Source of the DNA: Pseudomonadales bacterium
Lineage (GTDB): Bacteria; Pseudomonadota; Gammaproteobacteria; Pseudomonadales; Azotimanducaceae
NCBI GenBank assembly: GCA_017642855.1
Contig: JAEPOO010000002.1
Location: 207,545 to 271,544, forward strand
Direction: 5' to 3'
Length of the DNA: 64,000 nucleotides
The translations under genes were made by a program, and so were the position numbers. Of this stretch, positions 43,401-56,116 are shown piece by piece (position 1 is the stretch's first letter; each line of letters opens with the position of its first letter). The notes under the pieces are model-generated. The model saw only the letters and a list, made by a program, of their open reading frames with translations, did not search any database and had not been told where the DNA came from.

Positions 43401-44909
43401 ATGAAGATCGCAACCATCTATTCGAGCGCGGAGCTTGGCATCGATGCGCCAGCAGTTTCTGTTGAAGCCGCAGCCGTGCCAGGTTTACCTCAAACTCAGA
43501 TTGTCGGGCTTCCGGAAACGGCGGTTCGTGAAAGCAAAGATCGGGTTAAGGCCGCCATACAGGCAAGCGGCTTTGAGTACCCGTCACAGCGGATTACCGT
43601 CAATCTTGCACCCGCTGACCTGCCGAAAAGTAGTGGCCGCTACGATCTGGCCATTGCCATTGCCATACTTGTTGCTTCCCAACAAATCGAGCCAGATCAC
43701 TTGGAGCGATTCGAGTTTCTTGGTGAACTCTCGCTAACAGGCAGGCTCAGGGGTGTGAGGGGTGTGCTTCCTGCCATCTCGCGCTGCCGACTTAACGGTC
43801 GACGTCTCATCGTGCCTGCCGACAATGAAGATGAAGCGGGCCTCGACAACCATAAGATGACTCTGATTGCTTTGAGTCTGCTCAGCGTTGTCAACCACCT
43901 CTGCGGAACGAAGCTGCTGAGCGAACCGCGCACCCGCACAACCAACCAAACCGGCAAACGACCTTTGCTGTCGGACGTTCGAGGTCAGGCTGGTGCCAAA
44001 CGAGCCCTGAGTATCGCTGCGTCGGGCGGGCACAACTTGCTGATGGTCGGGCCACCCGGGACCGGCAAGACGATGCTGGCCAGCCGGCTCGCCGGTTTAA
44101 TGCCAGATATGTCGACCTCAGAGGCCATGACCGTCGCATCGATCGTTTCAGTATCCAAACAGCCATTCGATGATCAGCGCTTTCGACGTCGTCCATTCCG
44201 GGCACCGCATCACACTGCCAGCGCAGTGGCGATCGCCGGCGGCGGCAATCCGCCAAGGCCGGGGGAAATATCTCTCGCGCACCTTGGCGTGCTATTTCTG
44301 GATGAACTACCCGAGTTTGCCCGGCACGTGCTTGAGGTACTGCGAGAACCGCTCGAATCAGGTGAGATCTGGATCAGTCGGGCGGGGCACCAGGTGAGAT
44401 ATCCCGCAAGATTTCAGCTGATTGCCGCCATGAACCCCTGCCCCTGTGGTTATTCCACCGACCCGCGCCGAGAGTGCGAGTGCACCGCAGATCAGATATG
44501 GCGGTATCGATCGAGAGTTTCAGGACCACTGCTCGATCGAATCGACATGCACATCGACGTGCCGCCATTAGCGCCTGGTGAAGTCGCAAGAGCGAACTCG
44601 AACACAGTTGAACACGAGGAAGACAATGTCGAAGACATCATTTCAGGGGCCAGAGGAAAAATGCTGAGTCGGCAGGGCGGCATCAATGCGGATCTCACAA
44701 ACCAACAGGTTCGAGAATACTGTCAAATCTCAATGTCAGACGCCCGCTTCCTTGATCTGTGCAGCGACAAACTCGGACTGTCAACTCGAGCCTACTTCAA
44801 GATACTTAAGGTCGCCCGCACCATTGCAGACATGTCAGAAGATGCTGACATTTCTCGTCAGCACCTTACTGAGGCTGTTAGTTACAGGAAGATGGATCGG
44901 TCAGGGTGA
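43401..44909 (+). CDS. comM: YifB/ComM family Mg-chelatase-like AAA+ ATPase
   Basis: ATG 43401 (MKIATIYSSAELGIDAPAVSVEA). Walker A GPPGTGKTM and GVLFLDELPEF. Confidence 0.9.
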   Translation: MKIATIYSSAELGIDAPAVSVEAAAVPGLPQTQIVGLPETAVRESKDRVKAAIQASGFEYPSQRITVNLAPADLPKSSGRYDLAIAIAILVASQQIEPDHLERFEFLGELSLTGRLRGVRGVLPAISRCRLNGRRLIVPADNEDEAGLDNHKMTLIALSLLSVVNHLCGTKLLSEPRTRTTNQTGKRPLLSDVRGQAGAKRALSIAASGGHNLLMVGPPGTGKTMLASRLAGLMPDMSTSEAMTVASIVSVSKQPFDDQRFRRRPFRAPHHTASAVAIAGGGNPPRPGEISLAHLGVLFLDELPEFARHVLEVLREPLESGEIWISRAGHQVRYPARFQLIAAMNPCPCGYSTDPRRECECTADQIWRYRSRVSGPLLDRIDMHIDVPPLAPGEVARANSNTVEHEEDNVEDIISGARGKMLSRQGGINADLTNQQVREYCQISMSDARFLDLCSDKLGLSTRAYFKILKVARTIADMSEDADISRQHLTEAVSYRKMDRSG

Positions 44910-44923
44910 CCACTCCGAAGATG

Positions 44924-45346
44924 TTATTGGGCAGCTTCTACCATGTAGTCGACGAGCGCTCGAAGGTCATCGTCTGAACAACTGAAGCACATACCTTTCG
45001 CCGGCATCGCGGGCGGTAGACCATTGATGGTGCTGGCATACAGTGTGTCCATACCCTTCTCAATACGTGGCGCCCATGCAGCCGCATCACCCACTTTCGG
45101 CGCGCCAGCTACGCCAGCATTGTGGCAGGTTGCACAGCTCTTATTGAAATTGCTTTGGACGTCGCCGCCACCTGATGAGGCAACCTGTATCGTCGCTGCC
45201 GCTGCAGTTGCGCACTCGTGACCCTCGATACACACTTCGCCGACCGGTTTGATTCGATCTACGATATCGCTGGATGCAATGGCAAATCCGGCCAGTATCA
45301 GGCCCAGAAAACTTACCAGAATCTTGATCTTGCTCACTTCAAACAC
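44924..45346 (-). CDS. cytochrome c5 family protein
   Basis: Signal anchor plus a CATCHNAGVAGAPKVGD heme-binding motif. Confidence 0.85.
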   Translation of the reverse strand: MFEVSKIKILVSFLGLILAGFAIASSDIVDRIKPVGEVCIEGHECATAAAATIQVASSGGGDVQSNFNKSCATCHNAGVAGAPKVGDAAAWAPRIEKGMDTLYASTINGLPPAMPAKGMCFSCSDDDLRALVDYMVEAAQ

Positions 45347-45400
45347 TCGATAAAAAACCCGGCGCCATTATACAGAAGCCGATGCTGAAGACTACCTGAA

Positions 45401-46927
45401 TCAGGAGTTGCCACTGCCCTCAAAGTCCCTGTTTGCAGAAAACTGGAACACCGTTGAGGTGCCTGCTTCAACCACTGATTGCTCTGAAACCAGCGTCAGT
45501 ACAGCCTGTTCCTTAAACTCAGAAAGACTGTCCGCACCAACGTTCACCATCGTCGAGCGTAATTTGTAGAGGGTAGTTCTAAGCACTTCACCAACAGTGC
45601 CAACCAAAGGTACATAGGCATCGACACCCTCTTCAAAGACCATCTCGTTATCCTCAGCGGCATCACCATAACGCTGCCAGTTTTGAGCCCGGTTGGTCCC
45701 CTCACCCCAATAAGGCTTATACATTTGACCATTGATCGAGGTTTTCGGTGTCGGGCTCTCTTCCGTCATCGCAAAGTATCGGCCCATCATGACGAAGTCG
45801 GCGCCCATCGCTAGTGCAACCACAATCTGAGTGTCATTGGACAATCCACCGTCAGAACAAATGGGGATATATCGACCCGTCTCTTTGAAATACTCGTCTC
45901 TGCGCTTGACCACATCCAGCAACGCAGATGCCTGTCCACGGCCGACGCCTTTCTGCTCCCTGGTAATACAAATGGAGCCACCGCCCATGCCTACCTTGAT
46001 GAAATCCACGCCACCCTCGTTGACGAGATAATCGAAGCCTTCTGCAGAAACCACGTTACCGCCGCCAACCACGACCTCTGGTCCGAAGGCTTTGCGAATC
46101 CAATGGATACCTTCTTTCTGAAATTCGGTGAAACCATCAGAGCTGTCAAAACACAAAGCATCCGCACCCGCTGCAAGCAAGGCAGGCACCCTTTCGCGAT
46201 AGTCGTGCGTGTTAATCGCCGCGCCAACACACAGCCGTTTCGAATCATCCAACAATTCATGAGGGTGTCGCCTGTGATCCTCATAGTCTTTCTTGAACAC
46301 CAGGGAAGTCAGGTGACCTTCATTATCAAGAATGGGCAGGCAGTTCTTCTTGTGTTTGTGCAGGAGTCTGTTTGCTTCTCTGAGGGTTAACCCGTCTTCA
46401 CCGAAAATGACATCGCTGATTGGTGTCATGTACTCGGCAACGGTATCAGACAGGTCGTCTTCAAACTCCCAGAAATCCTGATCAGTAATCAGACCGATCA
46501 ATTTGCCCGTGCCAGTGCCATCCGCCGTAACAGGCACTGTCGAATGGCCCGTTTTTTTCATCAGGTCGATCACCTGATGCAACGTTTTGTCCGGTGTTGT
46601 GTTGGTATCGCTGGAGACAAAACCCGCCTTGTGCGCCTTCACCTGATGAACCATATCCGCCTGGCTTTCGATGGATTGGCTGCAAAAAATGAAGGCGAGT
46701 CCACCTTGCCTAGCCAGAGAAATCGCGAGATCGCTGCCGGACACAGACTGCATGGCGGCCGATACGATCGGCGTATTGATTTTGAATCGTGGCAACTGAT
46801 TGGGTTCTACCGCGGCCATGGGAGAACTCAGATCAACCAGATCCGCACGCTGGTCCTTTCGGGTCAGCCTGGGAATCAAAAGGTACTCGGCAAAGGTTCG
46901 AGAAACACCATCCAAAATTGTCGCCAT
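45401..46927 (-). CDS. IMP dehydrogenase family protein (divergent, CBS-containing)
   Basis: 508 aa. GGAGG 6 nt before the ATG. TIM-barrel motifs (PIVSAAM, GGGSICITREQ with catalytic Cys, SDGG) and a CBS insert. Confidence 0.85.
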   Translation of the reverse strand: MATILDGVSRTFAEYLLIPRLTRKDQRADLVDLSSPMAAVEPNQLPRFKINTPIVSAAMQSVSGSDLAISLARQGGLAFIFCSQSIESQADMVHQVKAHKAGFVSSDTNTTPDKTLHQVIDLMKKTGHSTVPVTADGTGTGKLIGLITDQDFWEFEDDLSDTVAEYMTPISDVIFGEDGLTLREANRLLHKHKKNCLPILDNEGHLTSLVFKKDYEDHRRHPHELLDDSKRLCVGAAINTHDYRERVPALLAAGADALCFDSSDGFTEFQKEGIHWIRKAFGPEVVVGGGNVVSAEGFDYLVNEGGVDFIKVGMGGGSICITREQKGVGRGQASALLDVVKRRDEYFKETGRYIPICSDGGLSNDTQIVVALAMGADFVMMGRYFAMTEESPTPKTSINGQMYKPYWGEGTNRAQNWQRYGDAAEDNEMVFEEGVDAYVPLVGTVGEVLRTTLYKLRSTMVNVGADSLSEFKEQAVLTLVSEQSVVEAGTSTVFQFSANRDFEGSGNS

Positions 46928-47195
46928 TAATCGCCTCCATAGAAAAACAGGGGAACATCCCGACTGCCACGGTCTGTGGTCATCAAGATCAGGGGTTTGT
47001 TAAAGAATTTGCGCGCTTGCGGGAAAAGTAAGTGTTTACTTACTGTAGAACCTAGGGCATCAGGCCCAAGTCGGTGGTAGCGCGCCATGGCGAATTCTAG
47101 GCGATCACTGCCTATGATTCAATGGATGACTGCAACGAATTCGGGCATTAACTATCGCTAATTAATCAAACACATGAGTAAGTCCCTATAACATA

Positions 47196-47223
47196 TTGAA
47201 ACAGAAACTTATTTTAGTAAGAT
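47196..47223 (+). promoter_or_regulatory. candidate sigma-70 promoter for the IHF-beta-like gene
   Basis: TTGAAA - 16 nt - TAAGAT, about 30 nt upstream of ATG 47252. Pattern match only. Confidence 0.3.
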
Positions 47224-47251
47224 GAACTGGTTGCTGTTACCGGTTGTGGGA

Positions 47252-47644
47252 ATGAACAAATCCGAGCTGATAAAAAGGATGTCCGATAAGCTTGATCAGT
47301 TGAGCAACCGTGACGTGGATCTCGCTGTGCATACGCTCATCGAAATCATGTCCGATAGCCTCGCGTCAGGAGAACGGATTGAGATCCGCGGCTTTGGCAC
47401 CTTCTCCAATCACTTCCGGAAACCTCGAACGGTCAGAAACCCAAAAACCGGGGAAGTCGGTATTCACAAACCAGGCAAATTTGTTCCGCACTTTAAGCCG
47501 GGCAAAGAATTGAGACGTCGTGTTGACGAGTCACGCCTTAAAGAAGATGGCAGCACTATCGCGACACAGGCCATCGGCGACGAATCAGATGCCAGTCAGT
47601 CCGCTTATTCTGCGGCCGAGGGCGCGCCCGCATTTAACAGCTGA
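47252..47644 (+). CDS. ihfB: integration host factor beta-like protein with C-terminal extension
   Basis: [11 protein letters not shown]...[29 protein letters not shown]...[14 protein letters not shown] is clearly IHF-beta/HU fold. An extra low-complexity tail of about 35 aa follows. Confidence 0.85.
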   Translation: MNKSELIKRMSDKLDQLSNRDVDLAVHTLIEIMSDSLASGERIEIRGFGTFSNHFRKPRTVRNPKTGEVGIHKPGKFVPHFKPGKELRRRVDESRLKEDGSTIATQAIGDESDASQSAYSAAEGAPAFNS

Positions 47645-48276
47645 CGCTCTTTCTCAATCAGAAAGCTTGCTACCTGCAACATACCAACGTTGCTGTTACC
47701 GACCATACTCGCTTCGATACGGTACTTACCATTCACGATGAGCGCAGGCACGCCACCTGATCGATAGATCCTCTGTCTGGCAATGGCCTGCTGATACTGA
47801 GCTTTGACACCAAACGAGTCCGTGTAGGTTTTTACGAACTCAACAGGGTCAACGCCGTGTTCAGCCATGAAACCCGTCATCGATTCCAGGTCCAGCAAAC
47901 GGCGGCGTTCGCCGTGAATCGCGTTAAACAAAGGGGTATGCACCTTTTCGAGCACACCCAGCGCGAGTGCGGTGTAGTAGGTGCGGGCGTACAGTTCATA
48001 CCCGGTCACACGCCAGATGGCAGGTGTTCGGTTGAACTCCACGTTTTCAGGCAGCCCCGTTTTCCACTGCTGGATCAGCGGGTCAAAGCGGTAACAATGC
48101 GGGCAACCGTAAGAGAAGTACTCCGTCACCTCAACGATATCAGGGTTTCGGGTCTTCACAGGCACTTCAAGCACGGTGTAGTGCGTGCCTTCTTCGTACT
48201 GAAATCCTTCAGCGTGAGCGTAGGATACCGTGAAAAACAGGGTCAGAAAGCCCAGCAAGCAACGAATGAGATGCAT
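47605..48276 (-). CDS. dsbA: thiol:disulfide interchange protein DsbA
   Basis: Start at ATG 48276 ([22 protein letters not shown] signal peptide). [11 protein letters not shown] active site. Confidence 0.9.
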   Translation of the reverse strand: MHLIRCLLGFLTLFFTVSYAHAEGFQYEEGTHYTVLEVPVKTRNPDIVEVTEYFSYGCPHCYRFDPLIQQWKTGLPENVEFNRTPAIWRVTGYELYARTYYTALALGVLEKVHTPLFNAIHGERRRLLDLESMTGFMAEHGVDPVEFVKTYTDSFGVKAQYQQAIARQRIYRSGGVPALIVNGKYRIEASMVGNSNVGMLQVASFLIEKERQLLNAGAPSAAE

Positions 48277-48280
48277 CTTT

Positions 48281-48883
48281 CTATTTGAGTCCGTAGATAT
48301 AAGAAGCAACCGCTTCCATTTCCTGGTCGTTCATATCCATCGCAACGCCACGCATCATTCTTGAATCACCATCATTATGCCGCTCACCGGATTGAAATGC
48401 TTTCAGCTGCTGAACCGTGTACTCCGGCCATTGACCGGCCAAAGATGGGAACTTCGCCAGGTCATTACCGTTACCGGTGGGCGCGTGGCAAGCGGTGCAT
48501 GCCGCAATATTCTTGCGTGGGATACCGCCGCGGTAAATGCTTTCACCAAGCTCGACGAGCTCTTCTTTCGCTGCACCGGAGCTGCGAGTCTGACTGGCAT
48601 AGTAAGCGGCGATGTCAGCGAGATCCTGTTCGCTCATGTCATCCAGGAGACCCGCCATCGTGGCGATCGGTCGGTTTCCGCTCTGAATATCTTTCAATTG
48701 TTTGAGCAGGTACTTCTCACCCTGGCCAGCAATATTCGGAAATGTCGGCGCCATGCTGTTACCGGTTTCTCCGTGACAGGCCAGGCAAGTGGTTGCCAGA
48801 TCTTTACCGGCGGCGGCATCGCCACCGGCGAATGCGCTTGAGGCGAGACAGGCCAGAACTGCAGAAATCAGAATCTTTTTCAT
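48281..48883 (-). CDS. cytochrome c4 (di-heme)
   Basis: Start at ATG 48883 (MKKILISAVLACLASSAFA). Two CxxCH motifs (CLACH, CTACH). Confidence 0.9.
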   Translation of the reverse strand: MKKILISAVLACLASSAFAGGDAAAGKDLATTCLACHGETGNSMAPTFPNIAGQGEKYLLKQLKDIQSGNRPIATMAGLLDDMSEQDLADIAAYYASQTRSSGAAKEELVELGESIYRGGIPRKNIAACTACHAPTGNGNDLAKFPSLAGQWPEYTVQQLKAFQSGERHNDGDSRMMRGVAMDMNDQEMEAVASYIYGLK

Positions 48884-48980
48884 ACCATTACTTCTTGAAC
48901 TAAATGCTTGATAAATCAGCACACTCCGGCGAAGCGGGTGCTAGAATGCGGGGCGCATTATATACCGATTCCAGGCAAAA

Positions 48981-49595
48981 ATGTCTGTTAACTTCCAATC
49001 TGCCCGATTCCTGACCAGTGCGGCAACCCTTGCACAATGTCCTCCAGATATGGGGGCTGAGGTCGCATTTTGCGGCCGTTCCAATGCCGGTAAGTCCAGT
49101 GCCATTAATGCGCTGACTCGACAAAAAAGCCTGGCCCGGACCAGCAAAACGCCCGGTCGAACCCAGCTCATCAATTTCTTCGAGATCACGGAAACCCAGA
49201 AACTCGTGGATTTACCGGGTTATGGCTACGCCAAGGTTCCTATGAGCGTTAAAGATCACTGGCAACGACACCTGGATGATTATCTGCGGGCCAGATCCTG
49301 CCTACAGGGTCTTGTCCTGTTGGTCGATATCCGTCATCCCCTGAAGATGTTCGACGAAATGATGCTGAACTGGTCGACAGAGACTGAACTGCCTGTCCAT
49401 GTTCTGTTGACCAAGGCGGACAAGCTCAAAAGGGGAGGGCAGCAGGCTGCTCTACTTCAGCTTCAGCGAAATCTGAAAGACAACGCGACGGCACAGGTAT
49501 TTTCTGCGACCAAAAAGCTGGGCCTGGATATTCTGCAGGCGCAGGTGAGCACTTGGCTCAATAACGCAACCCCGAGACAGGAAGACTCGCAATAG
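48981..49595 (+). CDS. engB: ribosome biogenesis GTP-binding protein EngB/YihA
   Basis: [12 protein letters not shown] (G1), DLPGYGYA (G3), and TKADK (G4). Confidence 0.93.
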   Translation: MSVNFQSARFLTSAATLAQCPPDMGAEVAFCGRSNAGKSSAINALTRQKSLARTSKTPGRTQLINFFEITETQKLVDLPGYGYAKVPMSVKDHWQRHLDDYLRARSCLQGLVLLVDIRHPLKMFDEMMLNWSTETELPVHVLLTKADKLKRGGQQAALLQLQRNLKDNATAQVFSATKKLGLDILQAQVSTWLNNATPRQEDSQ

Positions 49596-49616
49596 AGAAG
49601 ATCAGACTGAGTGGGC

Positions 49617-49721
49617 AAAAAAAAGGGCCCTGGTCACAATTGGGGAGGGTTGACCAGAGCCCGGCTTCGGTGCTCTTGGGGGAGAAAATTACCGAAGTTG
49701 CTGCTTATCGATGTTGCTTAC
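49617..49721 (-). ncRNA. predicted ErsA/Spot42-like small RNA (about 105 nt)
   Basis: Minus strand between polA and engB. Sigma-E-type promoter, then hairpin CTTCGGT-19 nt-ACCGAAG with a UCUCCCCC loop. A 12-bp terminator stem (GGGCUCUGGUCA...UGACCAGGGCCC, loop CCCUCCCC) is followed by U8. Same locus as spf (E. coli) and ErsA (P. aeruginosa). Confidence 0.5.
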
Positions 49722-49727
49722 CTTTCT

Positions 49728-49755
49728 TGAGACTCGCGCGCCCAGGAAAAGTTCC
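49728..49755 (-). promoter_or_regulatory. sigma-E/AlgU-type promoter
   Basis: The minus strand reads GGAACTT - 16 nt - TCTCA. The remembered consensus is GGAACTT-N16-TCAAA (E. coli) or GAACTT-N16/17-TCTGA (AlgU). Confidence 0.5.
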
Positions 49756-49813
49756 TCGGCAGCGAAAGATTTTCAGGCTGAAATAGTGAAAGTTACTCCA
49801 CTTTCTATCATCA

Positions 49814-52564
<2,751 letters not shown>

Positions 52565-52848
52565 TTTCCATGCATCGCCGCACTGCTTGCGGTCTTCGTC
52601 ATGGTGCCCCTGTCACTTGTGGCAGAGGAACGGGGAGAAGATGACATTCAAATCGTGGAGGGTGAGAATCGAACGATTTACGAGTACCGACAGAACGGGA
52701 TCCTGACCATGATCAAGGTGGTTCCGAAGCGTGGCAGACCCTATTACATGGTGCCCGCTGACGGCGCCCCGCATTATGAAAGTCTCGATCACAAACGCCA
52801 GCTTTACCCGCAATGGGTCATCGTGGAGTTCTGAAAACCACTTAAAGC

Positions 52849-53754
52849 ATGGCTGCGTTTACCACTTTTACTGAAGAAGCCCTCAGCCGATATCTCGTGA
52901 TGTTCGGCAAGGGCAATCTTGCGGGACATGAAGTCATTGAAGGAGGCATCGAGAACTCAAACTACCGGGTCACCCTTGATCGCGACGGTGAACAGCACCA
53001 CTACGTCCTGACGATTGTTGAGGGCTTCGATTTCAATGAAGTACCCTTTTTCAACAAAGTCATGACCCATCTTTTTCACTACGGCTTACCGGTCGCAGCG
53101 CCGCTTGCGACCCTGGATGGGATGACGTCTACCATCTTCTGCGGAAAGCCAACCTTTCTTTTTTCGAAACTCGATGGTGAGCATCCTGGTCATGTGACCG
53201 CAACACACTGTGCTGACATTGGAAGATTTATGGCTCGGTCCCACGAGGCTTTGTTGGCGCTCAAAACAGAGCGAGACAACCCATATAACGCAATCTGGAT
53301 GCAAGAAAGCATCCGTGCAAACGCATCTCGGCTCGCGCCTGAGGACCGTGAATTTCTCATCGCCCTTGTTTCGGAATACGAACAGATTCAGAACAGTGAG
53401 TTACCTCACGGCATCATTCACGGCGATCTGTTTCGGGATAATGCCCTGTTTACCGACAAGGCTGAACTTAGCGGCGTTATCGATTTCTATCACGCCTGCA
53501 ATGATCTTCTCATTCAGGACATCGCCATTGCGATCAATGATTGGTGCCTCAGGGACAACCGCATCGACCTAGCATTACAAGATGCATTGATGGCTGGTTA
53601 CGAAGAAGTTCGATCACTGACACGTCGGGAAAGAGACTTATTACCCAGATTGCAGAGCATCAGCGCCGCCAGGTTCGTGCTAACGAGATTATTAAGTGGG
53701 GATCCGCCTCTTAAAGACCCTCACCAGATGCTCGAACTTGCAAAAACGTTCTAG
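52849..53754 (+). CDS. thrB: homoserine kinase (Pseudomonas-type, APH fold)
   Basis: 301 aa. GIENSNYRV and the IIHGDLFRDNALF kinase catalytic loop. Confidence 0.88.
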   Translation: MAAFTTFTEEALSRYLVMFGKGNLAGHEVIEGGIENSNYRVTLDRDGEQHHYVLTIVEGFDFNEVPFFNKVMTHLFHYGLPVAAPLATLDGMTSTIFCGKPTFLFSKLDGEHPGHVTATHCADIGRFMARSHEALLALKTERDNPYNAIWMQESIRANASRLAPEDREFLIALVSEYEQIQNSELPHGIIHGDLFRDNALFTDKAELSGVIDFYHACNDLLIQDIAIAINDWCLRDNRIDLALQDALMAGYEEVRSLTRRERDLLPRLQSISAARFVLTRLLSGDPPLKDPHQMLELAKTF

Positions 53755-54707
53755 TTGAACAGGTAAAAGACGCCAAAGAGCCCGTCGTCATCCCGCCAGG
53801 TTTTGATCTTTCCGAAACCCGCTTTCCGCGCCATGGCTTCTACTTCAGAGACCGTGTACTTGTGTGAATTTTCAGTGTGGATTCTCTCTTCGGCCTGAAA
53901 CTCTATGATCTGACCGTCCAGCGAAACCTTCTGGTGTTTCTCGCTGACAAGAAACATCTGGATACAACCCTTCTGCTCATTGTAGACCGCCTCATGACGA
54001 AAGCTTTCAACATCAAAGTCAGCACCATATTCACGATTCAGGTGAGCCAGGATGTTCAGGTTAAACGCGGCAGTGACACCTCGTTCATCATTATAGGCGT
54101 CGTTAAGAACCGTGATGTCCTTCTTCATGTCCACACCTAAAAGCAGACCTCCGGTCTCGCCAACGAGATGACGAATACGCGTCAGGAACGCCTGCGATTC
54201 ATGGCGCTCGAAGTTTCCGATGCTGGAACCTGGAAAGAAACTAACCCGACGTTTCTGACTGTTGAACGGCAACTCAAACTCGCCGGTAAAGTCGACGCAG
54301 GTGGCATGCACCTCGAGCCATGGAAACTCCTGACCCAGCGCCTGAGCCGCCTGCGCGAGATATTCACCGGAGATATCCAGGGGTGCATAAATCGCTGGGC
54401 GAAGACTATCCAGCAGGATACGTATCTTTTCTGAAGAACCGCTGCCGTACTCAATCAGAATAAAATCATCGCCAATCAGCTCACTGATTTCATCGACATG
54501 TTTCCTGAGAAGAGAAGTTTCAACACGGGTCAGGTAGTACTCGGGTTGACGGGTAATTTCAGTAAACAGTTCTGAACCTTTCTCGTCATAGAAAAACTTA
54601 GGAGACAGGCTCCTTGGCCGCGCCATCAGTCCCGAAAGTATTTCATTGCCGTGGTCGTCTAACGCTACGGACTGATCATGAAAGTGAACCGAAGACAGCG
54701 AATTCAT
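53751..54707 (-). CDS. egtD: L-histidine N-alpha-methyltransferase EgtD
   Basis: LSPKFFYDEKGSELFTEITRQPEYYLTR and EYGSGSS SAM motif. Start at ATG 54707, 8 nt after the egtB stop. Confidence 0.88.
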   Translation of the reverse strand: MNSLSSVHFHDQSVALDDHGNEILSGLMARPRSLSPKFFYDEKGSELFTEITRQPEYYLTRVETSLLRKHVDEISELIGDDFILIEYGSGSSEKIRILLDSLRPAIYAPLDISGEYLAQAAQALGQEFPWLEVHATCVDFTGEFELPFNSQKRRVSFFPGSSIGNFERHESQAFLTRIRHLVGETGGLLLGVDMKKDITVLNDAYNDERGVTAAFNLNILAHLNREYGADFDVESFRHEAVYNEQKGCIQMFLVSEKHQKVSLDGQIIEFQAEERIHTENSHKYTVSEVEAMARKAGFGKIKTWRDDDGLFGVFYLFN

Positions 54708-54715
54708 AATTTCCT

Positions 54716-55987
54716 TCAGGTAATGTCCCGAGCCAACCGCAGCCCCGTAAATTGCCATCGGTCGGGAAGGTAGAAAAAATTTCGATAGGTGGCTCTTACA
54801 TGAGACACAGCTGAGACGCAGGAACCTCCCCTCAGAACCAGCTGATTTGCCATGAACTTTCCGTTGTATTCACCCAACTGGCCTTTAAACGACTGATAGC
54901 CCGGGTAAGGGCCATAGCTGCTGCTGGTCCATTCCCAGGTATCACCGAAGAGACCGCTAACGGATTCACCCTCTGAAACCGCAACGGGATGAAGGCTACC
55001 GGATTCCAGGAAATTACCTTCCACCGGACGATCCTGGGCAGCAAGTTCCCATTCATGTTCTGTCGGAAGTCGGCAGCCTCGCCAGCGGGCGAACGCGTCT
55101 GCCTCATAGCCACTGATGTGGCAAACCGGCGCGTTCAAATCGACTCTGCGCTCACCGCCTAAAGTGTATTCAAAATATTCATCGCCTGATTGTCGCCAAT
55201 AAAGCGGCATTCGCCATCGATCGTCGCCAAGGCTTGCGAGATGAGTCCAGCCATCTGACAGCCAGAACTCAAAACGTTCGTAGCCACCATCCTGGATAAA
55301 CTCAATAAACTCGCCGTTACTGATCGGTCGACTCGCCAGCTCGAACGGCGCCAGAAACACCTGATGACGAGGGGTTTCATTATCAAAAACATACCCCTCT
55401 GCCGCATCGGAACCCACTTCCACAAGCCCGCCCTCAAAGCCCCGCCAGCCAGGGGCTGACAACACTCTCGTATCGAGCTTCTGTGACACGTAGGCCGGCT
55501 TGAGCGGGTTGTTGCCAAGGTTGTATTTCAGGTCTGTGAGCAGAAGTTCCTGGTGCTGCTGTTCATGGTTCAGACCAACTTCAACTTTAAAAAGCCCTTC
55601 TTCACTGGGTGAGCCCGACAAATAGCGCACCATGGCGTCATCAACCTGTGCCCGGTACTCGAAAATCTCAGCAACTGTGGGCCTGGATAGATGCCCCCGT
55701 CGGGGTCTTGGGAAAGGTTTACCGACACCGTTGTAATAAGAGTTGAACAGTGTCTCAAAGGCTTCGTTATAGCGTTGGTATCCAGGGAGTTCAGGCACCA
55801 ATAAAAAGGTTTCAAAGAACCAGGTGACGTGAGCCAGGTGCCACTTTGGCGGGCTCGCATCGTCCATGGGTTGCACCTGGTAGTCCTCTGTCTCCAGAGG
55901 GGCGCACAGCGCTATTGTCTGTTGACGGACCTGTTGATACCGATCAACAAGACTCTCACTAGAATCCGTGTGGAGAATGGCACTCAC
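54716..55987 (-). CDS. egtB: ergothioneine biosynthesis sulfoxide synthase EgtB
   Basis: DinB-like N-terminal domain (PPKWHLAHVTWFFE) plus an FGE-sulfatase-like C-terminus (GDTWEWTSS, LRGGS). GTG start. Confidence 0.88.
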   Translation of the reverse strand: MSAILHTDSSESLVDRYQQVRQQTIALCAPLETEDYQVQPMDDASPPKWHLAHVTWFFETFLLVPELPGYQRYNEAFETLFNSYYNGVGKPFPRPRRGHLSRPTVAEIFEYRAQVDDAMVRYLSGSPSEEGLFKVEVGLNHEQQHQELLLTDLKYNLGNNPLKPAYVSQKLDTRVLSAPGWRGFEGGLVEVGSDAAEGYVFDNETPRHQVFLAPFELASRPISNGEFIEFIQDGGYERFEFWLSDGWTHLASLGDDRWRMPLYWRQSGDEYFEYTLGGERRVDLNAPVCHISGYEADAFARWRGCRLPTEHEWELAAQDRPVEGNFLESGSLHPVAVSEGESVSGLFGDTWEWTSSSYGPYPGYQSFKGQLGEYNGKFMANQLVLRGGSCVSAVSHVRATYRNFFYLPDRWQFTGLRLARDIT

Positions 55988-56116
55988 AAAGACACCGGTC
56001 TTTGACTTTCGGTCATTCTAGTTCAACTGGATGTAAACTGATACGGGTGGGTAGAGGACGTCTGGAATATAAAGTATTCGCGTCAAAGCACGAGCCAACA
56101 TGTTTACTAAGGCGCG

